64,000 nt of DNA from Heterodontus francisci (Eukaryota): contig NC_090404.1 in the NCBI RefSeq assembly GCF_036365525.1, positions 44,463,544 through 44,527,543 on the forward strand, read 5' to 3'. Position numbers and translations under genes: made by a program. Every line of letters begins with the position of its first letter. Positions within the stretch are counted from its first letter, which is position 1. The notes under the pieces are model-generated. The model saw only the letters and a list, made by a program, of their open reading frames with translations, was not told where the DNA came from and made no database searches. Shown here in pieces: positions 63,740 through 64,000 of the stretch.

Positions 63740-64000
63740 TACTATTATAATCACTTGGTAATACAGAACATGAGCACTGCTGAAAAAGAGACATTCTGTC
63801 GAAGCTGTTTGTCTTGCACTCATCAGGACAGATACAAGAATGACAAATTTCAAAAGGGGCAACGGTTTATGCTGCATGATAAAAGGGTGCTGATTAGTTG
63901 GCAAGTCCACTGTGATTGGTCGATGCGTTGTCATGGAGAATGCACCAAGGAACTATTGTCCCTCACGCCTTTGTCTACTTCAAAAAAGGTGCAGTGCCTC
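63740..64000 (-). mobile_element. Penelope-like 3' end (family of 25395-26010)
   Basis: Reverse match to ~25780-26010. Confidence 0.7.

Overview
Eukaryotic, repeat-rich DNA, very probably from a shark or other cartilaginous fish (HE1/V-SINE, HER1/CR1, RTE-X-like, Penelope and Gmr1-type Gypsy elements). The core is a cluster of three paralogous two-exon class A GPCRs of the 'GPR139-like' type. Gene A (+) is 4166-4235 joined to 6117-7024 (325 aa). Gene C (-) is 59110-59041 joined to 54350-53440 (326 aa). Gene B (-) is an open exon 2 at 41404-40497 with no first exon or promoter that I could find. The copies arose by duplication of a multi-kb unit including promoter, intronic minisatellites and 3' flank. 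Both complete genes carry a homeodomain + O/E(EBF)-like motif about 70 nt before the ATG, resembling olfactory receptor promoters, and a 35-bp array further upstream. Both also have intronic fold-backs: a 168-bp near-perfect inverted repeat in A, and an inverted copy of half of exon 2 enclosing the splice acceptor in C. Also present: a decayed IL-1R-type TIR relic, three tRNA pseudogenes, a young RTE with a 133-bp target-site duplication, a Gypsy relic with a tandem PBS-like array, and a 168-N gap. All alignments were done by eye; repeat boundaries are approximate unless a TSD is quoted.
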